The notes: generated by a model from the letters alone, not told the origin. Shown: positions 29,279-38,850, numbered from the stretch's first letter. The stretch: DNA of 64,000 nucleotides from an uncultured Gammaproteobacteria bacterium (GCA_964596525.1 CAZQUL010000001.1:396830-460829), one strand, 5' to 3'. Made by a program: numbers and translations.

Positions 29279-30532
29279 CTAGGGCAAAAGCTCTTTGAGA
29301 ATGTCGTACGGCCGGCTCTGTAGAAAGCGGCGAGCAGTATCTTGCACGACCGGGAAAGGAGATGACTTCGCTTCGCGCAACCGCTCGAGCGTTTCCTCTT
29401 CGTCACCATGATTCTCGACAAGATGGCAGAGCAGTTTCGCGCAGGGTTCGGCTATCCACTCCTTCGAGGAAGGTTCCGCGAGGAGAAGTTTGAGGAGTGT
29501 GTTGAGCAGACTCGGATCTTTATGGAACTCACGGATTTCCAGGACTTCTTGGAGTAAGCCGGGCCCGGCGAGTGCGGTGGTGACCAGGCTCCATACCCGG
29601 GCTTCATCCACCTTAAGAGAGAGCGCGATCCACGCTTCGGAAGCGAGAGGGTGCTCCTGGTGAATAAGGCGGGCGAGCGCTGTCGATGGCCACTTTTTGA
29701 AGTCGGGAAAACGCTTCGTCAGCTCGTCCATCACTTCGTCTGCGCAGATCTCTTCCTGGATCTCTTGGGCTGTGGTGAAGAAATCCAAGTTCGTGAAGAC
29801 GAATAGCGCGGCGCGGCGCTTTTCAGGGTCGAGGAGCCTGAGGATCTGGTGTTTTTTGGCAAGGCCGACTTGATTGCTCGGAAAGACAAATTTTTCGAGC
29901 ACTTCGGTGGCGAATTGTTCGCGGGGGCGGATGCGATGCATGAGGATCGCGTCCGCTACGAGATCGGCTGACACGGAGTGGAAGAGCAGGTACGACAGCG
30001 GATCGATGACGTTCGGCGCGTGGCGGTCGAACATGACGACAAGCAACGTGGCCCACTCTCTTTGATTATCGGACGATAGATACCTCAAGGTCCCGAGGAA
30101 GAGGTGGCTGAGCGTCTTTACGATGTACTGCCATGCTTCTTCGCGTGACAAAAGCTTGAGGGCGGCGATGTAAGCGTGGCCGTTGTAAGCGCCCTGGAGT
30201 TCGTTCAAGTTTCGGCAGGTTGTCTGGAAAGCGCACAGCTCATGAGCGACCTTTGTGCAGAGCTCGGGGGTAAATCCGGCTTGGTCGCTGAGGATGAAGT
30301 TGAGCAGGCCTGGCTTTGCGAATACGGCGCAGGGCTTGGTGCCGAACTGGGTGACGTGCGGCCGCAGTTCGCGATCGTAGGTGCGCAGAATATATTCCAT
30401 TGCCAACGAGCGCGTCTCAGGCAAGAGGTTGGTGTTGCGCACCACACCCTCCGCGATGTTTGACGGTATTTTTTGTTGATCGATCAGCTGGTTCCACAAA
30501 CTGCGTTCCGTTGCTGCACGGTTTTCGCTCAT
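29279..30532 (-). CDS. hypothetical helical-repeat protein
   Basis: Likely start MSENRAATERS. No motif. Confidence 0.4.
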   Translation of the reverse strand: MSENRAATERSLWNQLIDQQKIPSNIAEGVVRNTNLLPETRSLAMEYILRTYDRELRPHVTQFGTKPCAVFAKPGLLNFILSDQAGFTPELCTKVAHELCAFQTTCRNLNELQGAYNGHAYIAALKLLSREEAWQYIVKTLSHLFLGTLRYLSSDNQREWATLLVVMFDRHAPNVIDPLSYLLFHSVSADLVADAILMHRIRPREQFATEVLEKFVFPSNQVGLAKKHQILRLLDPEKRRAALFVFTNLDFFTTAQEIQEEICADEVMDELTKRFPDFKKWPSTALARLIHQEHPLASEAWIALSLKVDEARVWSLVTTALAGPGLLQEVLEIREFHKDPSLLNTLLKLLLAEPSSKEWIAEPCAKLLCHLVENHGDEEETLERLREAKSSPFPVVQDTARRFLQSRPYDILKELLP

Positions 30533-30684
30533 GGCAAGGGCTCCTTTTTGGTGGGTCAAAGATCGTTCAAGGCAACCGAATTGCAGACTGTACCAAAAGG
30601 TAGCTTGGTTTGTCAATCAAGCCAGAAGCATAGTTTTCAACCATCGCTTTGACGAATCTTTCGTCCCCGGACTACGATACAACT

Positions 30685-31356
30685 ATGTTAATTCTTGACC
30701 TCTCTCGTATGCCTTCAATCGCCGCCCGCAAATTAGGTTTATTTTTGCTTATTCCACTCTTCGTAGGTGCTGGATGTAGCGGGTCATCAATGTCTACGCC
30801 AACTGCCACCGGCACAACGCGGGACACCGACTCAACCGTCGTTGCGTGTATTCCGGAGGGTGTTGCGGTAGGGGAGAGCGGAGTGTGCTGTGACGGCTTG
30901 GTACCCTTTGCGGCCGATCATGCCATGACCGTCTGCACCAAAAAAGAAGAAGCCGAGAAACTCTCCGACAAAATTATGGGTGGTGCTCAAGGACCGATCG
31001 CGCTCGATTACGAATGGCGTCATTTTAACGCCGCGACGAGTACGTCGCCTGATCGGCTCATCGTACTCTTTTTCGCTACATCAACCTGCACGAGTTGCGA
31101 CCAAGAATGGCAGACTATCCAAAGCATCTTCAGCCGTCCGCCCGAAGAAGCCACGTATCTCGGCATGAACGTGGTAGCTTTCCGGGTGAACGCCGGCGAT
31201 GATGCGAGTGCCGAAGAAAAAGCTCTGGCCGCGAAATATAAAGCCGCGGCGCACACCAAAGCGATCATCTATAAAAATCAGCTTTTGTGGACGTCGTCGC
31301 GTGTCTGGACCGAGCAGGATTATCTGAATGAAATAGCGAAACGACTTAAAAAATAA
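30685..31356 (+). CDS. thioredoxin-fold lipoprotein (CxxC)
   Basis: Lipobox LFVGAGC. LIVLFFATSTCTSCDQEW has the thioredoxin-like CxxC. Confidence 0.5.
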   Translation: MLILDLSRMPSIAARKLGLFLLIPLFVGAGCSGSSMSTPTATGTTRDTDSTVVACIPEGVAVGESGVCCDGLVPFAADHAMTVCTKKEEAEKLSDKIMGGAQGPIALDYEWRHFNAATSTSPDRLIVLFFATSTCTSCDQEWQTIQSIFSRPPEEATYLGMNVVAFRVNAGDDASAEEKALAAKYKAAAHTKAIIYKNQLLWTSSRVWTEQDYLNEIAKRLKK

Positions 31357-31469
31357 TCAGACGGTAGTTTAGTAACCATAACACTCTGCCGCGCGGCAGA
31401 GTGTTATGATATAGGCGCACTGCTTTGTGCCTAATTTTTTCCCATTCAAGGGCGTGTTATACTATTCTC

Positions 31470-33935
31470 ATGCGCCTTATTCACTCCATTCGCAAGGTTG
31501 GCTGTGCGGTGACGGCACTCTGTGGTGTTGCCGCTTTTTTTATTTCCATACAACCTGCTCACGCTCTTGCGCCGTTTTCTGGTACGTTTGCTGCCCCTGC
31601 TCCAACTAGCACTGTTGGTACTATCCGTCACGTGCGGGTCGATCCATCCGATGGCACGGTGTATGTGCTTGGTAGCTCTACTTCCACGTTGGGTGCTATT
31701 ACTGCCGATGGTTCTAGTTTTTCGAGCATAACCTATAGCCCCGCTCAACTATTAAGCGTTGGCTCAGATTTTGTTGTTTCCGATGGCAAGGTTTTTATCA
31801 TTACCACTAACGGTGCAAACGGCAGAACTTATCGCTATGACGTAAGCGGCACAACAGCCAATCTTGTTGCGAGCCTCAACGGCTCCGGAACCGGAGCTAT
31901 AACTTTTGCTGATAGTAATCTTTATACCAGCAGAAGTACGGCAGTTGTTTTATATGACACACTCTTGACCAAGCTTTCGCCTACATCCACGGCGTCGTTT
32001 GCTATTACCAAGCTGGGCTATGGTGGGGGTCAACTGTACTATTTAAGCTCAGCCGGAAGAGTCGTTCGTACCAATTTGGATGGATCCGACGTTACCCTCT
32101 CTACCAGCGGACCGACCGTTAACGCTAAAGGTCTCGCTATATCAAGTGATGGGAGCGCTCTCTATGTGGCCAACGGAACCGGAGGCACGTTAACCAAAAT
32201 GCTGGGGTCGGACGGATCAGTTTTGTGGACAAAAAATATTTCCAATCTCGCCGGCATGGATATAAATACCAGTACCGGTGAAATTTTCGTAATTGATTCG
32301 AGCGGCACGGTCACCGTCTATGATCCGATCAATGCGGTGTCGAGCTTTGCGGCAAGTGCGAGTAGTAGCAACGCTATTCTTATCTGGACAGCGGGGGTGG
32401 ATGGCGATACCCGGGGTGTGACTATTCGCCGCAGTACGAGCGGCTTTCCCGCTACTCCAAGCGACGGTACCGCGGTTACGTCGTCGGCTACGGTTTCAAA
32501 CTTTACGGATAGCGGTCTGGCGGATGGCACGTATTATTACGCGATTTTTAATCAAACCATCGATGGTTATTATGGCGCCGGAGTCACCACCTCGCTCACC
32601 ATCGATGTTCCGCCAGATCCGGTTTCGTCTTTTATCGCTTCGGCATCAGGAACCACTGCTTCATTAAACTGGACCAACCCGACGTCGCCGGACTTTTCGC
32701 ATGTCAGCATTCGCCGCAGTACAACGGATTTTCCGGCGAGTCTCTCCGATGGCTTCGCGGTTTCATCTACTGTAATCGGAACGAGTTTTACGGAAACCGG
32801 TTTGTCCGACAACGTATATTATTATGGTCTTTTCGCGATCGATTCAGGAAATAACGCATCGATCGTCGCGACTTCGAGCGTCACAATCGACACAACGCCG
32901 CCCGTTGCGCCCATACTTACCGCTTACGCCAGTGGAACAACGATTAATTTAACATGGGATGTGCCGGTTGGTACCGCGTCGTTTTTACTTCGTCGCAGCA
33001 TGAGTGCGCCCCCTAGTTCTATAAGCGACGGTTCAGCCGTAACGAGTACCGGAGCGAGCACTATCAGTCTTGTGCAGGCAGGTTTGGCCGAGGGAGCGTA
33101 TTACTACGGTATTTTCGCTGCCGATGCGTACGGCAACTATTCAAATGCCGGCACTGTGGGCGTGCTGGTCGATGTTACGGGACCTGCAACTCCCACCGGT
33201 TTTATCGCTGCGTCGAGCGGTAGCACGGTCGGCCTAACATGGTCGAATCCGATCGATGCTGATTTTGCATCAGTGACGATTCGTCGCAGTACTGTGGCTT
33301 ACCCCACATCGACGACCGCTGGCACGGCAGTGACCACCACCGCTCTCACAAGTTTTTCCGACGTTGGGCTAACTGATGGCACCTATTATTACAGCATCTT
33401 TGCTGCCGATCAGGCCGGGAATATTTCGAATGCGGCCACATCGAGCGCGACAGTCGACACCTTCGTGCCGTCTGGAAATGGCAGCGCGATCGTTATAGTA
33501 CCGGCGGCACCCGTTGCATCTTTTGGATCAAGCCCAGCTCCGGCGCTCGTTTTGGGAGCGGTGCCGCGCTCGGCGGACACTTCTTCAAATATATCCATTT
33601 CCCAAAATTCGGTTAGTGTCATTGCAACAAGAAATTCATCCGTGTCGCTTCGTATCAATACGCCGTCGCTCTTTAAGCGGAATTTACAGCTTGGCAGCAG
33701 GGGCGACGATGTGAAGAGTTTGCAACAATTTTTGAATAGCCGTGGATTTATAGTAGCCCCTGTCGGCGCCGGTTCTCCCGGAAACGAAACGACCTTTTTT
33801 GGCCCAGCTACCGCCCGAGCGCTTGGTAAGTTTCAAGAGGCGAATGCGGAGCAAATTCTGCTGCCGCTCGGCTTGACCAAAGGAACCGGGATCTTGGGTA
33901 CTGCGACGATGAAAGTGCTCAATTTAATGCTGTAG
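31470..33935 (+). CDS. large surface protein: signal peptide, beta-propeller-like region, 4 FN3-like repeats, C-terminal peptidoglycan-binding domain
   Basis: Signal MRLIHSIRKVGCAVTALCGVAAFFISIQPAHA. Four approximately 94-aa repeats (S.F.A.ASG.T..L.W.NP...DF..V.IRRST..FP.S..DG.AV...). C-terminal LQLGSRGDDVKSLQQFLN...FGPATARALGKFQ matches a PG_binding_1 domain. Confidence 0.7.
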   Translation: MRLIHSIRKVGCAVTALCGVAAFFISIQPAHALAPFSGTFAAPAPTSTVGTIRHVRVDPSDGTVYVLGSSTSTLGAITADGSSFSSITYSPAQLLSVGSDFVVSDGKVFIITTNGANGRTYRYDVSGTTANLVASLNGSGTGAITFADSNLYTSRSTAVVLYDTLLTKLSPTSTASFAITKLGYGGGQLYYLSSAGRVVRTNLDGSDVTLSTSGPTVNAKGLAISSDGSALYVANGTGGTLTKMLGSDGSVLWTKNISNLAGMDINTSTGEIFVIDSSGTVTVYDPINAVSSFAASASSSNAILIWTAGVDGDTRGVTIRRSTSGFPATPSDGTAVTSSATVSNFTDSGLADGTYYYAIFNQTIDGYYGAGVTTSLTIDVPPDPVSSFIASASGTTASLNWTNPTSPDFSHVSIRRSTTDFPASLSDGFAVSSTVIGTSFTETGLSDNVYYYGLFAIDSGNNASIVATSSVTIDTTPPVAPILTAYASGTTINLTWDVPVGTASFLLRRSMSAPPSSISDGSAVTSTGASTISLVQAGLAEGAYYYGIFAADAYGNYSNAGTVGVLVDVTGPATPTGFIAASSGSTVGLTWSNPIDADFASVTIRRSTVAYPTSTTAGTAVTTTALTSFSDVGLTDGTYYYSIFAADQAGNISNAATSSATVDTFVPSGNGSAIVIVPAAPVASFGSSPAPALVLGAVPRSADTSSNISISQNSVSVIATRNSSVSLRINTPSLFKRNLQLGSRGDDVKSLQQFLNSRGFIVAPVGAGSPGNETTFFGPATARALGKFQEANAEQILLPLGLTKGTGILGTATMKVLNLML
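32338..33460 (+). repeat. four tandem approximately 280-nt coding repeats (FN3-like modules)
   Basis: Repeat units begin near 32338, 32620, 32899 and 33181. Confidence 0.6.
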
Positions 33936-33941
33936 CGACAT

Positions 33942-33975
33942 AAAAATTCCCGCCGAAGTGACGGGAATTTTTATG
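33942..33975. terminator. bidirectional terminator (AAAAATTCCCG...CGGGAATTTTT)
   Basis: Hairpin flanked by A-run and T-run. Lies between a + strand gene and a - strand tRNA. Confidence 0.55.
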
Positions 33976-33983
33976 TTTGTTTG

Positions 33984-34055
33984 AGCGGGTGACGGGAGTC
34001 GAACCCGTGTCACCAGTTTGGAAAACTGGGATAATAGCCGTTATATGACACCCGC
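33984..34055 (-). tRNA. tRNA-Gly (anticodon UCC)
   Basis: Hand-folded cloverleaf: acceptor GCGGGTG/CACCCGC, anticodon stem CCAGT/ACTGG, loop UUUCCAA, T-arm ACGGG-TTCGACT-CCCGT, discriminator U. No encoded CCA. Confidence 0.7.
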
Positions 34056-34136
34056 GATTCTTTTTTCGAGCATGGTATACTTACCATGACGCGAGGGGGA
34101 GCGTCAACAGTCATTCCATTATAATTTTCAGCTTGT

Positions 34137-34481
34137 ATGGAAGCTTTGCTCGCTGCAATTCCATTGCCATTCCTTATCCTGGTCGGATATATTCTCCTCA
34201 TTTCCATCATCACCTTCGCGGTCTTCGGCACGGACAAAGGGTTCGCCGTCGCCGGAGCAAGCCGTACGCGGGAACGCACGCTCCTTATCCTTACGTTCAT
34301 CGGCGGCACGCCGGGCGCGCTTTTGGCCATGAACGTTTTCCGCCACAAAACGCGCAAGCCGGAGTTTTTGAGCAAGTTCGTCGGGGTGGTAGTGCTGCAA
34401 GTAGCGATTGTGGCGTTTCTGGCTTATCTTCTCTTGAGAAATAATCAGCATCCGCTCTTGGTTGTCGATATTGGATCATAA
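34137..34481 (+). CDS. DUF1294 membrane protein
   Basis: FAVFGTDKGFAVAGASRTRERTLLILTFIGGTPGALLAMNVFRHKTRKPEF is the DUF1294 signature. Confidence 0.7.
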   Translation: MEALLAAIPLPFLILVGYILLISIITFAVFGTDKGFAVAGASRTRERTLLILTFIGGTPGALLAMNVFRHKTRKPEFLSKFVGVVVLQVAIVAFLAYLLLRNNQHPLLVVDIGS

Positions 34482-34522
34482 AGTCGACGGCGTAAATGAT
34501 TCGTACAAGAGGGTGTATTTTT

Positions 34523-34878
34523 TTGACATTGCGAACTTTTTTTAGTAGTCTATTCTTATCAGCGTCACACCTCGTATCATGAGGAATCTCACAAAGAACG
34601 CTCGGGAAAGAAATTCTCACGAAAAGTAGACTCCCGCGGGATGGCCCGTCAGCGCCGTAACCAAGCAAACGTTGAGATGGTACCGTCGGTCCCGCGAACG
34701 CGGGGAAGACTCTCGACACCCTAATCAGGTGTTTTTATTTTTTATCTGGTGTCATTGCGAGCGAAGCGAACCAATCTCCCGAATTTACCTCGGGCTCTAC
34801 TAACAAAGTTGGTTCTGAAAACGAAGGGATTGCTTCGTCAGTCGTCTAACTCCTTCCTCGCAATGACAGAAAAAACGT
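34523..34878 (+). promoter_or_regulatory. ileS promoter (TTGACA, 17 nt, TAGTCT) and an approximately 330-nt leader with a T-box-like GAGAUGGUACCGUCGG element, carrying MITE copy 1
   Basis: TGGTACCG at 34677-34684 resembles the T-box core (AGGGUGGNACCGCG). Small hairpin with a GUAUCAU loop at 34563-34577. Terminator-like hairpin with T-run at 34717-34741. Confidence 0.3.
34751..34867 (+). mobile_element. 117-nt palindromic MITE/RPE-like element, copy 1 (ileS 5' leader)
   Basis: Terminal inverted repeats GTCATTGCGAG / CTCGCAATGAC. Nested inverted repeat CGAAGC.AATC.CC ... GGGATTGCTTCG. About 85% identical to copy 2. Confidence 0.7.
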
Positions 34879-37800
34879 ATGCTCTACAACGCCAATTCTG
34901 AGGAGAAAAAAATCATCGAATTTTGGAAAAAGAACAACATATTTGAACGCTCAGTTACAGAACGCCCCACCGAAAAACCGTACGCGTTTTACGACGGCCC
35001 GCCCTTTGCGACCGGCACGCCGCACTACGGCCACTTGGTCGGGAGCACGATGAAAGATATCGTGCCGCGTTTTTGGACCATGAAAGGGTATCGTGTCGAG
35101 CGCGTCTGGGGTTGGGACTGCCACGGGCTTCCCATCGAAAACATCGTCGAGAAAGAGCTCGGTATTTCGACCAAAAAAGAACTTGAAGAAAAAGTCGGCG
35201 TCGCGAAATTCAATCAACTCTGCCGCGAGCGGGTTTTGGGATACGTTGATGAGTGGCGCACGGTCATCGAGCGCCTCGGCCGCTGGGTGGATATGGACCA
35301 TGCCTATCGCACCATGGACCGCTCATACATGGAATCGGTGTGGTGGGTGTTTAAACAGCTCTTCGACAAAGGCTATTTGTACGAGAGTTTCCGCTCGATG
35401 CATATCTGCCCGCGCTGCGAAACGACGCTCAGCCAATCCGAAGTGACGGAGGGGTATAAGGAGGTGAAAGATATTTCGGTCGTCGCGAAATTCAAGATCA
35501 CGAATGCGAAAGAAAAGCTCGGACTCGATGGTGATGTGTACGCGCTCGCGTGGACGACGACGCCGTGGACGTTGCCGGGGAATGTGGCATTGGCGGTTGG
35601 GGCTGATCTCGACTACGTCATTGCGAAGTCTTTTTCCAGTGTCATTGCGAGCGAAGCGAAGCAATCCCCCGAATCCACCTCGGGCTCTGTTAGCACAGTT
35701 GGTTCTGAAAACGAAGGGATTGCTTCGTCCTCCGCTACGCTCCGTCCTCGCAATGACGGTGTTTATTATGTCGTTGCCAAAGAACGAGCTGAGACTGTTT
35801 TTAAGGGTCAAGAATATGAACTCGTGAAAGAAATCAAAGGCTCTGAACTCGTCGGCCTCACCTACGAACCGCTCTTCCCGTACTACAAAAATACCCCGAA
35901 CGCCTTCCGTATCGTCACGTCCGATCATGTCACGACCGACGCCGGTACGGGCATCGTGCACATCGCCCCGGCGTTCGGTGAAGACGACTTTAAAGTCGGC
36001 GTACGTGAGAATATTCCGCTCGTGCAGCATGTCGGTATGGACGGTCGCTTCAAACCCGAACTGACGGATTTCGCGGGCGAACCGGTTAAGCCGCGCGGCG
36101 AAGATAAAGAACGTCTGGCGACGGATATCAAGATCTTGCGCTATCTCCAAGAACACGGCACGTTCTTCAGTAAAGAAAACGTCGTGCATACCTACCCGCA
36201 CTGCTGGCGCTGCGATACGCCACTCCTTAACTACGCCACGTCGTCGTGGTTCGTGAACGTGACGAAACTCAAGCCAAAACTCCTCGAGACGGCCACGAAT
36301 ATTTCCTGGTCGCCCGAGAACATGAAAGAAGGTCGTTTCGGCACGTGGCTCGAAGGCGCGCGCGACTGGAGTATTTCGCGCCAGCGGTTTTGGGCGTCGG
36401 TCATTCCGGTGTGGCGCTGCGATAAAGACGAAAAACACCAGGATGTCATCGGCGCGGTCGCGGAACTCGAAGTAAAATACGGCCACAACATCGACGACCT
36501 GCACAAAGACATCGTCGATCGGGTTACGTATCCGTGTGCCAGCTGCAACGGCACGATGAAGCGCATCCCCGACGTGCTCGATACGTGGTTCGATTCCGGC
36601 TCGATGCCGTACGCGCAAGTACATTATCCGTTTCAGAACAAAGAAAAATTCGAGCAGAGTTTCCCAGCCGAGTATATTGGCGAAGGACAGGACCAAACCC
36701 GTGCCTGGTTTTACTACCTGCATGTGTTGGCCGGCGCGATCATGGATAAGCACGCCTTCAACCACGTGATCGTCAACGGCATTGTGCTCGCCGAAGACGG
36801 CAAAAAAATGAGCAAGAAACTCAAGAACTATCCTGATCCGTCAGTCGTCATGGAAAAATATGGCGCTGACGCACTCCGGTTCTACATGGCCTCATCGCCC
36901 GTTGTCCATGCGGAAAATCTCAACTTCTCGGAAGACGGCGTGAAAGAAATTTTCGGCAAGCTCGTCAACACGCTCTGGAACGTCTACGAATTTTACGAGC
37001 TCGCGGCCGATGTCGATCATCACGGACCCGAACATAAATCGAGTCACGTGCTCGACAAATGGATTCTCGCTAAACTCCACGCGACGATGAAAGAAACGAC
37101 CGAACATCTCGAAGGCTACCGTTTGGCTGAAGCTGCGCGACCGATTCTGGCGTTCGTCACCGAACTCTCGCAGTGGTACGTGCGCCGGAGCCGCGAACGG
37201 TTGAAAGGCGATGATACAAAAGACAAGCAGGGCGCGCTCCACACGCTCCGTATCGTACTCCTCACGACCTCAAAACTTCTCGCGCCGTTTGCGCCGTTCG
37301 TCGCGGAGACGATTTATCAAAAGTTAAAGACAGCGAACGACGCGGATAGCGTGCATCTGTGCGAATGGCCCCATCACAAAGACGTTGAAAAAGAAGACGG
37401 TATCCTTGAGCGCATGGAAGAAGTCCGCAAAATCGTCGAGCTTGGTCTTGCTGTGCGCGCCGAGAAGAAATTGAAAGTCCGCCAGCCGCTCGCCGAACTC
37501 AAGATGAATCGCAAGCAACTTGCGCAGGATTATTTGGATATCGTCGCCGACGAACTGAATGTGAAAAACGTCGCGTTTGCCGAAGCAGTGACTACTGATG
37601 CGTGGGCCGAGAAAACTGAAGGCGAAACGACCGTGTGGCTCGATACGCGTGTGACGGAAGAACTGAAAGAAGAAGGCATGGTGCGTGATCTCGTGCGCGC
37701 GGTCAATCAGCTGCGCAAGGATCAGGGGCTCACGCCGAAAGATCGGATTGCGGTGGTATATGCCGGCAGTGAAACCATGGACGTATTGATTAAAAAATAT

Positions 37801-37914
37801 GGTTCGGAACTACAGACGAATGTTTTGGCCGAGCGGATTACGGCAGGCGAGGTTGCAGAAGATGCTGTTAAAATCGGCGATAGCGAAGTGCGTTTGCATA
37901 TCGAGCGTATGTAA
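34879..37914 (+). CDS. ileS: isoleucine--tRNA ligase (type 2, eukaryote/archaeal-like), with an in-frame 39-codon MITE insertion
   Basis: 1011 aa. HYGH and KMSKK class I motifs. CP1 editing domain (TTPWTLP), Zn-binding CPRC...CASC. N-terminus of type-2 IleS (FWKKNNIF). Confidence 0.9.
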   Translation: MLYNANSEEKKIIEFWKKNNIFERSVTERPTEKPYAFYDGPPFATGTPHYGHLVGSTMKDIVPRFWTMKGYRVERVWGWDCHGLPIENIVEKELGISTKKELEEKVGVAKFNQLCRERVLGYVDEWRTVIERLGRWVDMDHAYRTMDRSYMESVWWVFKQLFDKGYLYESFRSMHICPRCETTLSQSEVTEGYKEVKDISVVAKFKITNAKEKLGLDGDVYALAWTTTPWTLPGNVALAVGADLDYVIAKSFSSVIASEAKQSPESTSGSVSTVGSENEGIASSSATLRPRNDGVYYVVAKERAETVFKGQEYELVKEIKGSELVGLTYEPLFPYYKNTPNAFRIVTSDHVTTDAGTGIVHIAPAFGEDDFKVGVRENIPLVQHVGMDGRFKPELTDFAGEPVKPRGEDKERLATDIKILRYLQEHGTFFSKENVVHTYPHCWRCDTPLLNYATSSWFVNVTKLKPKLLETATNISWSPENMKEGRFGTWLEGARDWSISRQRFWASVIPVWRCDKDEKHQDVIGAVAELEVKYGHNIDDLHKDIVDRVTYPCASCNGTMKRIPDVLDTWFDSGSMPYAQVHYPFQNKEKFEQSFPAEYIGEGQDQTRAWFYYLHVLAGAIMDKHAFNHVIVNGIVLAEDGKKMSKKLKNYPDPSVVMEKYGADALRFYMASSPVVHAENLNFSEDGVKEIFGKLVNTLWNVYEFYELAADVDHHGPEHKSSHVLDKWILAKLHATMKETTEHLEGYRLAEAARPILAFVTELSQWYVRRSRERLKGDDTKDKQGALHTLRIVLLTTSKLLAPFAPFVAETIYQKLKTANDADSVHLCEWPHHKDVEKEDGILERMEEVRKIVELGLAVRAEKKLKVRQPLAELKMNRKQLAQDYLDIVADELNVKNVAFAEAVTTDAWAEKTEGETTVWLDTRVTEELKEEGMVRDLVRAVNQLRKDQGLTPKDRIAVVYAGSETMDVLIKKYGSELQTNVLAERITAGEVAEDAVKIGDSEVRLHIERM
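35641..35757 (+). mobile_element. 117-nt palindromic MITE/RPE-like element, copy 2, inserted in frame in the ileS CP1 region
   Basis: Same TIRs. Encodes VIASEAKQSPESTSGSVSTVGSENEGIASSSATLRPRNDG between conserved IleS segments (...DYVIAKSFSS | insert | VYYVVAKERAE...). Confidence 0.7.
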
Positions 37915-37924
37915 ATTCACTCAC

Positions 37925-37958
37925 AAAAAACCAAGCGACCGTTGCTGCTTGGTTTTTT
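37925..37958. terminator. bidirectional intrinsic terminator after ileS (AAAAAACCAAGC...GCTTGGTTTTTT)
   Basis: 6-bp stem, 10-nt loop, flanking A6 and T6. Confidence 0.55.
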
Positions 37959-38006
37959 GATAGTTTTTCTTCATCAAATATAAAACCGAGGTTGGTACCT
38001 CGGCGG

Positions 38007-38723
38007 CTAGCGGATAGGCTCGTGTTCGTACCCGTATCCATATCCGGCATCGATCCCTTTGCCCAGTTCGTTTACCGCGCGTTTATAGGCCTCACGTTCG
38101 GGCCTTGCTGCCGCAGGTTTCGTTCCGGTTGGGAGCGGTGCGGCGCGTTGCTTATGCTCCTCATTGAGCTTACGCTCAGCTTCAAATGCCCGTCTCAGTA
38201 TTCTGTTCACACCATCGGTATCCGGAACGCGCGCCCTAAGAAAACGCGTCATGATATCGCTCGGGTCTTCCGGCACTGGTTGTGGGGCTAGCGGTTTTAC
38301 TGCCGACTCTGGATTTGGGGTATTCGCTGGAATGACACCGGGACGAGGTTCAGTGCGAGGCACTGATGCGACCATCTTGGGCTGACGGGCATAGTTTGGC
38401 TTGGGCGTGCTTGGTAGCGGATCGGCTGGCCGGATAGGCGGCCATTTGTCAGGTGCACGAGTGATGACAAGCTTTTCCTGCGTCGACTCCGGAGCCTCTA
38501 GAGAAAAACGACAGATATCAGGCGACGCAGTCTCACGGGAGAAGAGCTGCTCTTCGCACCACGGGGCCGACGGAGGGGTTGATGTGTTGCTAGAGCAAAG
38601 AGCATTCGTGATTGGTCGAGAGAAATGCGAGGTCACGTCCAGGTTCGTTGGGTTGCTTTTCGTAAACAGGAGGGCAACCAAGCTCGCAAAGCCAAACATG
38701 AGCCAACGGCTTTTCTTCGTCAT
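38007..38723 (-). CDS. secreted proline-rich protein
   Basis: Start MTKKSRWLMFGFASLVALLF (signal peptide). P/A-rich low-complexity body. C-terminal GYGYGYEHEP. Confidence 0.45.
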   Translation of the reverse strand: MTKKSRWLMFGFASLVALLFTKSNPTNLDVTSHFSRPITNALCSSNTSTPPSAPWCEEQLFSRETASPDICRFSLEAPESTQEKLVITRAPDKWPPIRPADPLPSTPKPNYARQPKMVASVPRTEPRPGVIPANTPNPESAVKPLAPQPVPEDPSDIMTRFLRARVPDTDGVNRILRRAFEAERKLNEEHKQRAAPLPTGTKPAAARPEREAYKRAVNELGKGIDAGYGYGYEHEPIR

Positions 38724-38850
38724 GGGAACCTCTCGGTTGGAAGTATAGTCTAAAGTATTGAAGTGCGCTGTCAAGGGGATGTGATTTTTAAATTTTAAAT
38801 TAAAAATCTCCGTTCACGTCAGTGCGCGGAGATCATTTTTTCAACGATTG

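Noticed and set aside
33984-34055. Initial reading of this tRNA as tRNA-Trp (CCA)
   Set aside because: A careful reverse-complement shows the 7-nt anticodon loop is UUUCCAA, with anticodon UCC and discriminator U. It is therefore tRNA-Gly(UCC).
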